A stretch of 64,000 nucleotides of DNA, from the NCBI RefSeq assembly GCF_006345805.1, contig NW_021833635.1, positions 1 through 64,000 of the forward strand, given 5' to 3'. Shown here in pieces: positions 1 through 13,300 of this stretch. Below the pieces are notes generated by a model, which was given only the letters and a program-made list of their open reading frames with translations, did not search any database and was not told the DNA's origin. The translations under genes and the position numbers were made by a program. How positions within the stretch are numbered: the first letter of the stretch is position 1; each line of letters begins with the position of its first letter. This stretch comes from Octopus sinensis (Eukaryota).

Positions 1-37
1 GTCTGTCATCTTTGTGAGTGAATGCTACAACAGTATA

Positions 38-446
38 CCTATTTCTTTACTACCCACAAGGGGCTAAACACAGAGAGTACAAGCAAGGACAGACAAACGG
101 ATTAAGTCGATTATATCGATTCCAGTGCGTAACTGGTACTTATTTAATCGACCCCGAAAGAATGAAAGGCAAAGTCGACCTCGGTGGAATTTGAACTCAG
201 AACGTAACGGCAGACGAAATGCCTATTTCTTTACTACTCACAAGGGGCTAAACACAGAGAGGACAAACAAGGACAGACAAATGGATTAAGTCGATTATAT
301 CGACCCCAGTGCGTAACTGGTACTTAATTTATCGACCCCGAAAAGATGAAAGGCAAAGTCGACCTCGGCGGAATTTGAACTCAGAACGTAGCGGCAGACG
401 AAATACTGCTAAGCATTTCGCCCGGCGTGCTAACGATTCTGCCAGC
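38..446 (-). mobile_element. SINE family A (tRNA head + Nin-like core + Tx1-like tail), tandem dimer
   Basis: Reverse complement of the A/B-box head, the GCCTTTCATCCTTTCGGGGTCGATAAATTAAGTACCAG core and the GCCCCTTGTGGGTAGTAAAGAAATA tail; two body units, one head. Confidence 0.9.
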
Positions 447-469
447 CTACTGCCTACAACAGTATACCG

Positions 470-2130
470 AGGTGGAGATGTTCAGATATTTTTAGAACTG
501 CTGGTGTACCTTCTTAGAATAGTTTTTTTCCTGTGTTACGAATCCTTGGTTCCTACATTGCAGTTTTCGTTCTTTCCTCTGAAATATGATGGATAAATAA
601 GCTGGCCTTGGAACAGACAAATAAGCAGACTCGGAATGGATCTCGCGTCCGTACATCTTAGTGATTCAAGATAAACACTGTCGGGTGAAATTTTTTCGAT
701 TAGAAAAAGATTCCACTTCTTGTCTGATTTCTTGCATGTGCAGAACACGTCCTTGTTCCCTTTTCAAATAAACTGCCATCCGTATAAGTATAAGCGATGT
801 ATCATGTATTTTTCATTTTGTGAGCAGCCATATTTCCCGAGGAGCTCTGATGTATGTTGGATTTAAGTATTGGGAGACTCCAACGTGAACAATTCTGTCA
901 TTACTTTTCTCAGTTTGAATATTCACGCAATTGTAACTCTTATGTATTTATTTGAAGATGTAGAAGAAAACTGACTTCATTAAAGAGTATACTTCTATAC
1001 GAATACAGTAGTTAAACTCTAAGACCATAAGTTTTTCTTCTAATAACAACGAATCTGTAGTCAACTCCGTTGTTGCCAATTTGCACGGTGGTATTTAGTT
1101 GTCTTTTAGGCGGCGAGCTGGCACAATCGTTAGCACGCCGGGCGAAATGCGTAGCCGTATTTCGTCTGCCGTTACGTTCTGAGTTCAAATTCCGCCGAGG
1201 TCGACTTTGCCTTTTTATCTTTTCGGGGTCGATAAATTAAGTACCAGTTACGCACTGGGGTCGATGTAATCGACTTAATCCGTTTGTCTGTCCTTGTTTG
1301 TCTCCTCTGTGTTTAGCCCCTTTTGGGTAATAAAATAATAGGTATTTCGTCTGCCGCTACGTTCTGAGTTCAAATTCCGCCGAGGTCGACTTTGCCTTTC
1401 ATCCTTTCGGGGTCGATAAATTAAGTACCAGTTACGCACTGGGGTCGATGTAATCGACTTATTCCGTTTGTCTGTCCTTGGTTGTCCCCTCTGTATTTAG
1501 CCCCTTGTGGGTAGTAAAGAAATAGGTATTTAGTTGTCTTTTATACATTGGACATCCATCAACATTCGCTTTAGTATGTCTCTGAATTTCTGTAGGGAAG
1601 ATGTTATTTTAGTTATTTTCTATATCTGGTGAATTTGGAGTTCGGTCGTCACAAGGACTTTGAATCATAGCCTTCGAAACGGTTTTGTAATGTTATTTCA
1701 GTTTATAGAATAGACATTTCTAAGTATATTAATTTGTCTATTCTGTATTAGTCATCAAATTTATTTTCTTTATCCAAAATGTGTAGAATATGAACATAAG
1801 GTAGTCCTAGTTTCTGGAATTCCATAGTATTTCTTGTATGTTATTCAATAAATCTGTTAAGTTTATCTTTAATACTCTTACCATACTATATTGTCTATAA
1901 GAAGAGAGTTGTTCAGTTTCAGAGATTGTCTAGAATTTCTTTCCAAGAAGAATTGCATTACATAACTGTAAATAAATGTGAATTTTCAGGTTTTATAACC
2001 GTGGCAACGTGTTAAAGTTTTCTTTCCCTATATCCTTTTGAGATTCGTGAAATGATGGCAGTTAAAATAACTGTATGTTGTTGCATCACTGGGACCAGTA
2101 GGTAGATTAATGGCATGTCTTTGATACCAT
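470..2130 (-). pseudogene. Degenerate Helitron RepHel (Rep domain) fragment
   Basis: Minus-strand peptides TMEFQKLGLPYVHIL (about 1784-1828), MIQSPCDDRTPNSP (about 1627-1668), NVDGCPMYKR and QYLNPTYIRAPREIW..IHDT...RMAVYL resemble Helitron Rep motifs (EFQKRGLPHAHIL, MIHGPC, DGYPxYRR, YLDxRYxSAPEAxWR). Many stops and frameshifts; interrupted by a SINE at 1109-1524. Confidence 0.75.
1109..1524 (+). mobile_element. SINE family A dimer with 19-bp TSD
   Basis: TSD GGTATTTAGTTGTCTTTTA at 1090-1108 and 1525-1543; internal unit junction at GGTATTTCGTCTGCCG (1341). Confidence 0.95.
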
Positions 2131-2244
2131 TCAATTTCACATAATTCAAATACTTTACTTTAACGATGGGAATCGATAAATCAGTGCTGAAATAAATTCT
2201 TCAGCATAAAGATGTTGGGTGTTTTATTTTTAATTGTTTCCAGC

Positions 2245-2400
2245 TTTTTACGTTTCGAACTCAAATCCCTCCGAGGTTAACCTGCCTTTCATCCCTCTGG
2301 GTCGATAGAATATAGTACCAATCAAATGCAGGGATCGATAGTATCGGCTAACCCCTCCCCTCAAAAACTGGTGACCTTGTGTCTAAATTAGAAGCAATTA
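2245..2400 (+). mobile_element. Degraded SINE family A2 (same core, CCCCTCCCC..CCTTGTG tail)
   Basis: Recognisable B box, core and alternative tail. Confidence 0.7.
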
Positions 2401-3169
2401 TTCTTTAATTACTATTTGAACAACCGTTCTTCAACATTCTAATATTTGTTCATCTAGCGTTGTTAATCAGTTCAGGTTCAAAGTTTAATTTCGTTGCCTC
2501 CCTTGTTCGTCATAGGGATAGAAAAATAACTCTCGTTCCGCCATTATTATTTATAGAAATCATTGCCATTGGTGGTAATTTTCAATGACGTCATTCACTG
2601 CTTAGTTTTCTATTTAACACCATATTGGATACTTGCGTTCGAATCTCATGTTCTATTATTTATTGAGCTTTTTCAATATCAACTCCTTACATTTTAGTAA
2701 AGAAATAAATATCAACTTCTTACATTTTACACGCGGAGACAAACATTGTTTGGTCTGATGATCTGATTTAAATGAAGTATAATTTGACGGGTGCATCGTT
2801 TATCGTTCTGAATATGTACTATCATAGCAGCGATTATCAAATTGGATAAATTGTGGAAATTTTCCTTATGCTGCTGGTGATATTAAAGTCATGGTCACGG
2901 ACGCGACAGCAATATGATCACGATCGGAAGCACGAGATATGTGAGTTCCTAGTGAAGCAAAAGAAAATGGTGAGTTATAATACCAAATATCTGTGAAGTG
3001 TCTGTAATTAAAACTTCTCGACTTTGTCAATATATTACGAAGATATTTAATGTTTCTCTTTGGCCAGACAGTATTATTTCCACCTTCTCTACTGCAGTGA
3101 TTGAATTCACTGTCTAAGGAGGCATTGATAAGAAATGATCAGTAACCCAAAATGCAAAATTGGCAATCA

Positions 3170-3600
3170 ATATTCATAGTCGCTCTGTTATTTGTTTTCT
3201 TTCTTTTTCGAGCCTTGATTTTATTTCTTCTTGTGTTTCATTTTGTGTTCTTCTTAGTTAGTCATAATCTCTCTTCTAAGGGCCTTGCTACTGTTAATTC
3301 TTGTATTTCTTGTCACTTTACAGCACTTTGTCTTCCCTCCAGTTCACAACGAGCGTTAACATTTAATGATAATATTTGTCTCCTTTGTGCTGTTCAAAGT
3401 CTAATCTTTTCTGTATCGTTGAGAACTTGTTCACCAGTTTCAGTTTTATGCCTTTTTTTCCCCCTTTTGTTTTCGTATATATGACAACCTCGAATAAAAT
3501 ATAACAGGTTTAAGGATTTCTTTTCCCTGAGCTCGTATCTTTCTATCCTTCCTTTTCGGCGCCAATCTCCATAAGTTTCCTTCCAAATCTTTCATGTGTG
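3170..3600 (-). pseudogene. Possible Helitron N-terminal charged-repeat region
   Basis: Broken frames give ETQEEIKSRLEKERKQITERL, similar to the ETxEERxxRL repeats of animal Helitron proteins; same strand as, and upstream of, the Rep remnant. Confidence 0.35.
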
Positions 3601-3744
3601 AGATGGCCGGGAATAAAAGACATAGAAACTGAATTAGAAATGGTAAAGGAAGAAGGTCGAGTAAAAAAGATAGTAAAACCTTAAAAACTTGATACAAAAA
3701 CTTACAATGAAAAGAAGAATAATATACATACATACACACATTTT

Positions 3745-3992
3745 TTCGCCCTTTTTAAAGCCTAGCCAGGCTCATGGACCCGGTTTCCCGGTTTCTATGG
3801 CGTATGTGTTCCCCACCTGGACGGGACGCCGGTCCATCGCAGCGTTACTCATTTTTGCCAGCTGAGTGAACTGGAGCAACGTGAAATGAAGGGTTTTGCT
3901 CAAGAACACAACGCATCGCCCGGTCCAGGAATCGAAACAACAATCTTACGATCATAATGCTGACACCCTAACCACTAAGCCACGCGCCTCCA
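3745..3992 (-). mobile_element. SINE family D (tRNA head + Meta-like core + V-like domain)
   Basis: Minus strand GGAGGCGCGTGGCTTAGTGGTTAGGG head, GTTGTGTTCTTGAGCAAAAC core, CTGCGATGGACCGGCGTCCCGTCCAGG segment. Confidence 0.8.
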
Positions 3993-4068
3993 CAAACGTT
4001 GTATAAACAGCTGTAATAATGATTCGAAAACAGTAGCAACATCAACGAAGGGGGTATATATGTGTGTG

Positions 4069-4111
<43 letters not shown>

Positions 4112-4350
4112 ATGTGTGTGTGTGTGTGTGTGCGAGTGTGTATGTATATATATATACATATATATATATATATAGATCAATAAATGGTAGGGTTGTGTTG
4201 ACCGCACGTGGAGAAATGATAAGCAAGGAAAAATTGTAAAAATGCAGAATGCTAAATTGAAAGAAAATTTTAATGAAAATGGGTGTATGGAAAAATTTTT
4301 TGAAAAATTGATAAAATATATAAATATATATTAATTCAAACCGGTTTTCG

Positions 4351-5760
4351 TATACGCTCCTGGTATCCTTTGATGTCATTAACCTCTACACCAACATCCC
4401 ACATGAATGTGGTATTGAGGGAATTGATTTCTGGCTAGAAAAACACCCAGAGCCATTCCCTGACCGCATTCACAAGACCTTTATTACGGAATCACTCAAG
4501 TTCATTCTAACAAACAATTTTTTCCTCTTCGACAACACACACTACCGTCAAAAATGTGGTATTGCGATGGGTACCAAGGCTGCACCAGTCCTTGCGAACC
4601 TCATAATGGGTTTATTCGAACTATCACTCTATGAAATATCACGTCAGAAATTTGGACATGTTTTCCACACCTACCTAATGGAAAACTGGAAAAGGTATTT
4701 GGATGATTGTTTCATTATATGGAAAGAACCTTATGAAAAACTTCTGGAATTCAAAACCATACTGAACAACATACATCTCAACATCCAATTCACTATGGAA
4801 TTAAGCAAACATCATCTCCCTTTCCTTGATCTCCTAATTATAAAAACACCTAAGAACCAAATCATAACAGACATTTACCACAAACCTACAGACTCACAAC
4901 AATACCTCCTCTTTAGTTCATGCCACCCAAAACACACCAAGACAAATATCCCTTTCAACTTAGCTAAAAGGGTATGCACCATTGTCTCGGATCCCAAAAC
5001 ACGAGAAATACGCCCTCATGACCTCAAAAAAACACTATTACAACGCCAATATCCCTCCACCCTTATAGAATATGGAATAAAACGCGACAAAGAACTAGAC
5101 AACATTACACTGAAAACCACCCAACCTAACACCACACACAACCCCAAAATACTTCCATACATTTCCACCCACAACCCCAAAAATATCGAAGCATACACCA
5201 CAATCATACAAAACTGTCTACTGTCAACAGACCCAAAAATGAAAGACATTATAAATACACACAAAATTCTCAAATGTAAAAGACAACACAAATCTTTAAA
5301 AAAACTCTTGACAAATGCCAAACTTCACACACCACATCCACCCCCAGCAGTTAAAAAATGTGCACGCCCAAACTGTGGAACCTGCCCCTTCCTACTTGAA
5401 GGCTCTGAATTTATCTTCAAACAAGGAACGAAGTTTAAAATCAAGACTAACTTCTCCTGTTCCTCCGAGAACCTTATCTACGTTCTCACATGCGCTGGTT
5501 GCCAACATAATTATGTTGGACAAACGAGTCTCCCGTTACGTAAACGAGTAGCGGTGCATAAAGAACAAATAAATCTCCCGGAATACCGACAAATTCCACT
5601 GGGTGACCACATAGACTCATGCGCTAAAGACATAAATCCCAAATCTACATATTCCCCTTCTACCAATGTAAAGACGGGATCACACACAGGAGAGAATTAA
5701 CAAGGAGAATCTTTTATTGAAAAATTCAAAACGCAACTTAATATGCAAACTCCTCGTTGA
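4351..5760 (+). pseudogene. Penelope reverse transcriptase + GIY-YIG endonuclease (truncated, frameshifted near C-terminus)
   Basis: In-frame from 4351: LVSFDVINLYTNIP...GIAMGTKAAP...YLDDCF...LPFLDL...DIYHKPT; GIY-YIG motif NLIYVLTC..C...YVGQT...LRKRVAVH. Frameshift near 5640. Confidence 0.92.
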
Positions 5761-6409
5761 TCATACTTCCTTTTTCTACCTCATTCTTCCTGGATGGACT
5801 AACACAAATATATAAGGATACCATGCATTCATCACTTCAAGCTAAAACTTATATTCTTTAAATATCATTATTATTATTACTATCATTTTTATTATATATG
5901 ACATAACAATCTGAAATGTAATTATAAATTGGTTTATGCAAATTTATATAATTAGAAAATAATATAAATAAAGTGTTAAAATCTGAATGTTAAGTTAGCA
6001 AACAATTATATAAAAAAGATAATGCAAATGAAGCTAAAATGATAATAAGGTTTATTAACACCCTTTATCACAAAAAATTGATAAACACAAATTGAAGAGC
6101 TCAAAACCCATAGAGTTGTCTCCTCTTATTCACAACACAGGAACTGAAGAACTACAATTACTACTACTTCCTGTTTTGCCAACACCCTTAATTAAACTAA
6201 ACAACACATGACTTTAATCCCATTGGATCTTAATACTTCAAGGTAATTTTTTCGTGAACAATCATTAAACTCAAGATACACAAAGACTTCACAATGTATC
6301 GGAGTACTTATTTTTTAATTTTTGTACATATTTATTATTATTTTTTTGCAAACAACAATGTAATTTTCTTTTTTCCCCTCTCTCACTTTAAAAAAAAAAT
6401 TTCCTTTAC

Positions 6410-6451
6410 AATTCTTGAAAAGTCACATTATGACGAAAACCGGTTTGAATT
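6410..6451 (+). ncRNA. Minimal type I hammerhead ribozyme, U3-A8 variant, in Penelope pLTR
   Basis: Stem I AATTC/GAATT; core TTGAAAA; stem II GTCA/TGAC; GAA + palindromic AACCGGTT + H=U. Confidence 0.65.
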
Positions 6452-6929
6452 AATATATATTTATATATTTTATCAATTTTTCAAAAACTTTTTCCATACA
6501 CCCATTTTCATTAAAATTTTCTTTCAATTTAGCATTCTGCATTTTTAAAAATGCAGATTGCTATATATATATATAAGAAAATGAAAAGAACCCTTTACAA
6601 CAAGGAACCCCACAACAACAACAACAAAAAACAGGAAGTAGAATTATATGTTGTTTATTAATCAATATAAAAGAACAAAAACTTCTACTTAGCAACTTCT
6701 AATTATAATATTTATATAAAATCTTGACGTAAGGAGTAAAGAAGAAAATGAATCAGATCTCACTTGTACGTCATAAAGAGTGTAAAATCTAGCCTGTAAG
6801 ATTTGTCTTTGAAAAAGATTTTTAAAAATGTGAAAGCAAAGAGTAACACTTTTTAAAAATATATTAGTCAAAATAAAAACAAAGTCTGTCTATTTACGAA
6901 CAGTTAGTCATAACATGAGCAGGAAATAA

Positions 6930-7100
6930 TAGCCTCAAATTGTGGTACAAGGTCGGCAATCTGGATTAGATTGACCTCAGTGCTCAAGTAATGCTTTGTT
7001 TTATTGTCCTCGAAAAGATAAAAGGTGAAGTCGACCTTGCTGAAATCTGAACTCAGAACGTAAAGCCGGAAGAAATGCCGCTCACTATGTTGTCCTGTGT
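6930..7100 (-). mobile_element. Degraded SINE family A2
   Basis: Reverse complement of core and A2 tail. Confidence 0.65.
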
Positions 7101-7140
7101 GCTATATATATATATATATATTGAGTTGGTGCATAATTAT

Positions 7141-7550
7141 TACTCTTTCACTCTTTTATTTCTTTCAGTCATGTGATTGTGGCCATGCTGGAGCACCTCC
7201 TTTAGTCGAGCAAATCGATCCCAGGACTTATTCTTTGTAAGCCTAGTACTTATACTATCGGTCTCTTTTGCCGAACCGCTTAGTTACGGGGACATAAACA
7301 CACCAGCATCGGTTGTCAAGCAATGCTGGGGGGGGGGGGCAAACACAGACACACAAGCATACACACACACATATATATATACATGCGCATATACGACTGG
7401 GTTCTTTCAGTTTCCGTCTACCAAATCCACTGACAAGGCTTTGGTCGACCCGAGGCTATAGTAGAAGACATTTGCCCAAGGTGCCTCGCAGTGCGACTGA
7501 AGCCGGAACCATGTGGTTGGTTAGCTAGCTACTTACCACACAGCCACTCA
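7141..7550 (-). mobile_element. SINE family B (tRNA head, GTAGACGGAAACTGAAAGAAGCCCGTCG domain, internal microsatellite, RTE-like tail ending (AAAGAGT)n)
   Basis: Full-length match to other copies in the window. Confidence 0.9.
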
Positions 7551-7815
7551 TACGACTATGCGGCTTTTTTTTTCAACAAATTTTATTCAACAAAAGCAAT
7601 AGCAACATGTAACAAAAACATCTTTAAATGATTATTCCGGAGTATATTCATCATCTACTTCAATTACTGCTTCCCATTTGCTTGGCAGACGGTCAGATGT
7701 CATTTGAAGATGTGTTTGTTAAATATTGTTATTGTTTTTGCTGAATAAAATTTGTTGAAAAAAAAGCCGCAATAATTTGCACCAACCCAATATTTTCAGA
7801 CACACGTATAATATG

Positions 7816-8265
<450 letters not shown>

Positions 8266-8631
8266 TATTATATATGATTACTAATCCATAAATAAGTGAG
8301 TGTATATACTTGTTTCTGACAATATCGGTACAATTATAATAACTAACAACAATTGTATGTACGACAAGTTATATACAGCGTTGCTGAAAAAATCAGAAGA
8401 TGTTTTTTGAACCGATATATCCAGTTTAGTTTATTCACATATATAATTTATAATTCTTATTTTTGAACGCCTGACTGAATTTACGTGGGCTGCGATCATA
8501 CAATGCAGTGTTAATAAGATTTTTTCGCATCTTTTGTTGTGTAGTTGTTCATTGACCTTTAAGTTCGGTTATGGCATTCGTTTCTGTTGAAGTATTCTTT
8601 TCAAGGGCAGTTAATGCATTAAAGTCAGCAA

Positions 8632-8694
8632 GGCGGCGAGCTGGCAGAAACGTTAGCACGCCGGGCGAATTGCTTAGCGGTATTTCGTCTGCCG
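8632..8694 (+). mobile_element. 5' head of a SINE A2 copy split by the Tx1 LINE
   Basis: GGCGGCGAGCTGGCAGAAACGTTAGC...GGTATTTCGTCTGCCG; the body resumes at 14052. Confidence 0.9.
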
Positions 8695-8831
8695 CACATG
8701 TGTTCGTGAAGTAAGAATTGCTGTTTCGTGGTGTTAATATTGTTAACAACTGTTGTTTCTTGTTAAACTGTTGAATAACTTAACTGTTGGAGTTTTCAAT
8801 TGAAAACACTTAGTGCTTGTGGTAGCACGCG

Positions 8832-10040
8832 TTGTTCATTCCCCCTTTGGGGGGAAGAATGTCGTCTAGCATGGAGCCTACCGTTGAGCAGAGAAATACT
8901 TGTTTTCCTGTTGAGAGGAGGAAATACATGTCCGGCGAGGAGCCAACTACAGACAAGGAAATAGGGGTTTCCCCCGCTACAAGAAGGAATAGCAGAGAGG
9001 ATAATATATTTGATATTTTTGGAGATGTGTCTGAGAGCTCGTCAGAACTTTCACCAGAAGAGTTTCCGACTTTGCCAGAGAACAAAGGCATTGTGTCGAA
9101 GAGAATAATTGATGTGCCTAGCATCCAGATAGAACCAAAAAATGGGAAAAAAAGTTTTGCGTTGGCTGCTGGGGGTGGAACCAGATACTGTCGACGAATA
9201 AAGCGAAATTATGAAATACACAGCAAAATGATGGAAATAAATGACAACAGTGTGAAAATTGAACCTCCGCAAAAGTTATTACAGGAAGAAAAGAAAAGCA
9301 AAAAACATAATTTTCAAAACATATTGTCTACAAAATAGAAAAATTGAAAGAATGTCAGAGAGAGAAAATAGAAAAGTGCTTAAAGCCAATATTGGGCGAC
9401 GTAGTATTTCTGAGAAGAGGAAAAAATTCGGAACGGTGGAAGTAAGGTTCACCAATAAAGAAATAGCACACAAGAACTCAGTGGAAACGTTGAAAACGAA
9501 CGACGTGGAGTTAATACCCTATATTGGGGATGACGTCGCGAATAAAAATTACAAGGGTCCCGCCAGTCGTCGAACCTATGTGGTTGTTGGCGGCAGTCCT
9601 AATCAAAGAGGTAGAAAAAAATTACTCTCCTCCAGGCTACCGCTACGGAAAACCCACGCTGGGATGGTCAAACAAATCTTCTCATTCAAGCGGACCCTAA
9701 AATAATTCAAACAATTCCTGAGACAATTGAGGTAGGGGAGGAGAACCTCGTGGTGTTTGTTGAGGGCCGAAAACCTCGATGTTTTTTATGTGGTCAATTA
9801 GGCCACATTCGAAGGAACTGCAGGAAAATGAAGAAGAGGAGGAAGAGGAGAAAAAAGACAAAGAGGAAGAAGATAAAGAAGAAACAGATGAGAAAAAAAC
9901 AAACAAACAAGAAAAAATACAACCAGCAACCCAGCCGAGAGCGGCGACTACTACAGAACAACGACAAAAAAGACTGCCGAAGAGAAAAAGAAGAAAAGGC
10001 ATAATAGCCGTATACACTAAAGATACTGAGCTCATGAGAG
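8832..10040 (+). pseudogene. Tx1 ORF1 (gag-like, CCHC zinc knuckle), frameshifted
   Basis: CFLCGQLGHIRRNC at 9780-9821, followed by a Glu/Lys-rich tract; spread over several frames. Confidence 0.8.
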
Positions 10041-10390
10041 ACATTCAACTCATAAAGACACTAAAAAAAATTGATAACCTTTCAGAGGAATTTATCAATT
10101 ACGACATATATGAAGTCTCAAATAAGACTTATAGAATTCTACAAAATAAGTACAGAAAGACTGTATCTTCATTGAGATTAGATTTTAACAAGTCGATATT
10201 TCATGGATTACCAGCTCCGATCCCGCGAGAAAAGGAAAAGGTGGAGATTCCCCCTCCACCTGATAATTCTGTGTCGGTGGTGAGACGGGATTTTGACAAA
10301 TCTATTTCCCAAGACCGTCCACCTCCGACCCTGGATAAAAAAAAGGTGGAGGGTCCCCCTCCACCGGACAATCCTAATTAAACAGGTAAG

Positions 10391-13300
10391 TGATGGCTAT
10401 TCACATTGGTTGTTTAAATGTTCATGGCCTGTTGTCAAGCTGGAAGCAAGGACGCTTCTGAATGACATCAGGTCGAGAAATTTGGATGTAATTGTTGCAA
10501 CGGAAACCCGGGTGAAGGGGCCAAGAGATCTGCTCCCCCTCCTGAACGGCTACGAGAAATACGTTTCTCCGAGTCGGGCGGGAGGTGGGGGTGGGGTGTT
10601 GGTCCTACTAAAAAGAAACGGGTAGCCGAGAAAAAGTTGGTTTTTTCTGACCCAGAAGGCAGGCTGGTCGTTCTCGACTTGACATTCAGTTGTGGCAAGA
10701 CAATCAGGCTGGTCGCTATTTATGCACCAAACATTATTGGCCCGCAAACTGAATATTTTCGTGGCCTAGGAAAGTTCCTAGCCACGTCGCATTCACTAGT
10801 AGTGTTAGGAGACTCTAATACAATATGTGCAGCACACACAGATTGTGTTGGCTCAAACTCGAACATGAACAGAAAATGTAACACAGGCTTTCGGGATCTG
10901 CTAAGTCAATTTCAGCTAGCAGATCCATATAGGTTGGAGCACCCGAACACTCCACAGTGGACGTGGTCAAATAGTGACGGGTCTACCAGAACATATCTAG
11001 ATAGGATTTTAATTAGAGAAAAAGATAAGTCCATAGTTGAGTGTCCACAGTTTTTTCTAGTCAGCTACAGTGACCACAAGATGGTTACCTGTAAACTGAC
11101 GGTAGATAAGTTGCATAGACAGGGATCTGGCTACTGGAAACTCAATACGTCCCTTTGGCGATTGAGGAGTACAGAAAGCGGATCAAGATGTTAATACAGA
11201 GGGCATTAACAGGTACCATCATTAAAACAAATGGTGGTACGCCCTAAAAAGAGCCATCAAATATGAGTCTATTAGGTTTAGCATAAGTTTAGCTAAGAAG
11301 GACGTAAAATAGGAGATGGTCTAGTTAAGGAACTAGAAGAAGCCTGGAGGACTGGTAATACAGACCAAGCGAGGGTGAAAAGACTGGAGTTAAACCAGCA
11401 TCTTGAAGCCCACCACATGGGAAGTATTACCAGAGCTAAGTTACGTGCAATGGGAAGTGAAGGAATCAAAGCCGCTGGATGGGCCCGAGTGGTGGAAGCT
11501 CGGCAAGGAAATAGTTCTTCTATTCGGTCTTTGACGAATCAAAAGGTGTCTTGATAAACGAACCCGAGAAAATGTGTGAGGTCTTTCGGGAGTACTTCGC
11601 CCAGCTGTTCGGGGGTGACGGCGGTCCTGGTGGTGGGAGAGCCCTCGAGGACTTTCTTACGGGCGCCGGTGCCTCTCGGGGTCGGATGCGGAGTCTTGCG
11701 AAGGGCCAATCACACTTGAGGAGGTGATGGAGGCTTTGGCCGATTGTAAAGCGGGTAAGTCACCGGGACTTGATGGTCTTCCGTACGAGCTGTATAAATG
11801 TATGCCAGACTTGTTCGGGCAACTACTGACTGACGTGTACGCGAACTGGAAACAGAATGGGTTTATCCCCAGATCTGTGCGCGCCGGGGAGTAGTGACGT
11901 TGGTCAGAAAGGACCCGGACAAGGGGGACGTTCTAGAGAATTTCAGGCCCATCACTCTGTTAAACGCAGAAGTGAAGATTTTGGCCAAGGTTCTAGCAAA
12001 AAGGTTGGCGCGTGTCGCGAATGGTATAGTCGGGGAGGCACAGACATGTGCCATCCCAGGCAGAACCATTCAGGATACCCTCCATCTTATTCGCTATACC
12101 ATAGAGAGGTTTGGTAATAAATCTGGCAAAGGTGGGGCATTGGTGCATTTGGACCAGTCTAAAGCTTTTGATAGGGTTGACCATCGATACCTAGCGACTG
12201 TACTTGCGCGGTTTGGCCTGGGCCTTGGCTTCCTCAGGTGGTTTATCGCTTTGTACCACAACATTGACTCGATAGTTCGGGTGAACGGTTTCCTTTCGAA
12301 GCCGTTCTGCATCAGACGCTCGGTTCGTCAAGGATGTCCGCTTTCACCACTTTTGTATGTGATGGCTCTCGAGCCATTACTGCAAAGGTTGAGTGGCATC
12401 CCGAGAGAACCAGGACTAGAGGAGTTTGTTACGGCTTTCGCGGATGATATCACTATCAGTGTAACCACATTGGTACGCCTACGTGAAGTAGGTAAGACTA
12501 TTGAGGCTTACGAGGAGGTAGCAGGAGCAAAGATTAACCGGGAAAAGTCGGTCGGCTTGCAGCTCGGCACCTGGGTTGGCAAGTCGATGCCTTCAGACAG
12601 TGTTGTTAGGCGCTGGACGAGGGACCGGTTAAGGACCGGTTAAGTGCTGGGAGTCTGGTTTGGACCAGGCCTCCAGTTAGAGAAGAACTGGACGGAGGTA
12701 TTGAGCAGGGTGGCTGCAGTAGTCAAGACTTGGTCTTGGCGGTGGCTATCCCTGAAAGGGAGGGCGGAAGTGGCCAATGTGTTTATCGCATCGGTCATTA
12801 CCTACCGCCTGACTGTCGTGCCCTGTCCGGATCGGTGGTTGATCAGGTTGGAGAGACAGCTCTTTCGCTTTTTGTGGAAGGGCAGGTCGCCACTTGTGTG
12901 AAACGCTCTGTCTGCTGTCAAAAGCCTTTAAATGGAGGTTTAGGGATGCCTTGGTTAATGATGCGCAGACATGCGTTGAGGTTGAGGCACCTCTGGATTC
13001 TCCTGGATAGTGAACGGGTGTGGTCTCCGCTGGCCAGACAAATGTTCCCTGAGTTCAAGAGTTTTTGCGAACAGGAAGCCTGGTGTTCTCGTAGACCGAG
13101 GTCGAGTGAGTGGCATAAAGAGTGCCGTAAGGCCCTCTTGCTGTTCCGGCGCTCGGGCAACGCCAGCGGTGGGGGTTCCACACGGATTTTTATAGGGTGG
13201 TTTGGTAGAGTCTGAATGCGACGATGGCCTGGGGTCGACTCTAGGTCTCGGATTTATTCAACTGGACAGCTTGTTTCATCGTACATTCGGTTGAGAACGG

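Larger units (their letters stand above)
4170..6560 (+). mobile_element. Penelope-like element, 5'-truncated, with inverted 5' pLTR copy
   Basis: RT + GIY-YIG ORF; 4237-4350 is the near-identical reverse complement of 6434-6547; flanked by (TA)n on both sides. Confidence 0.92.

Noticed and set aside
2830-2975. Host exon ending at GTGAGT donors
   Set aside because: No convincing acceptor, reading frame or partner exons.
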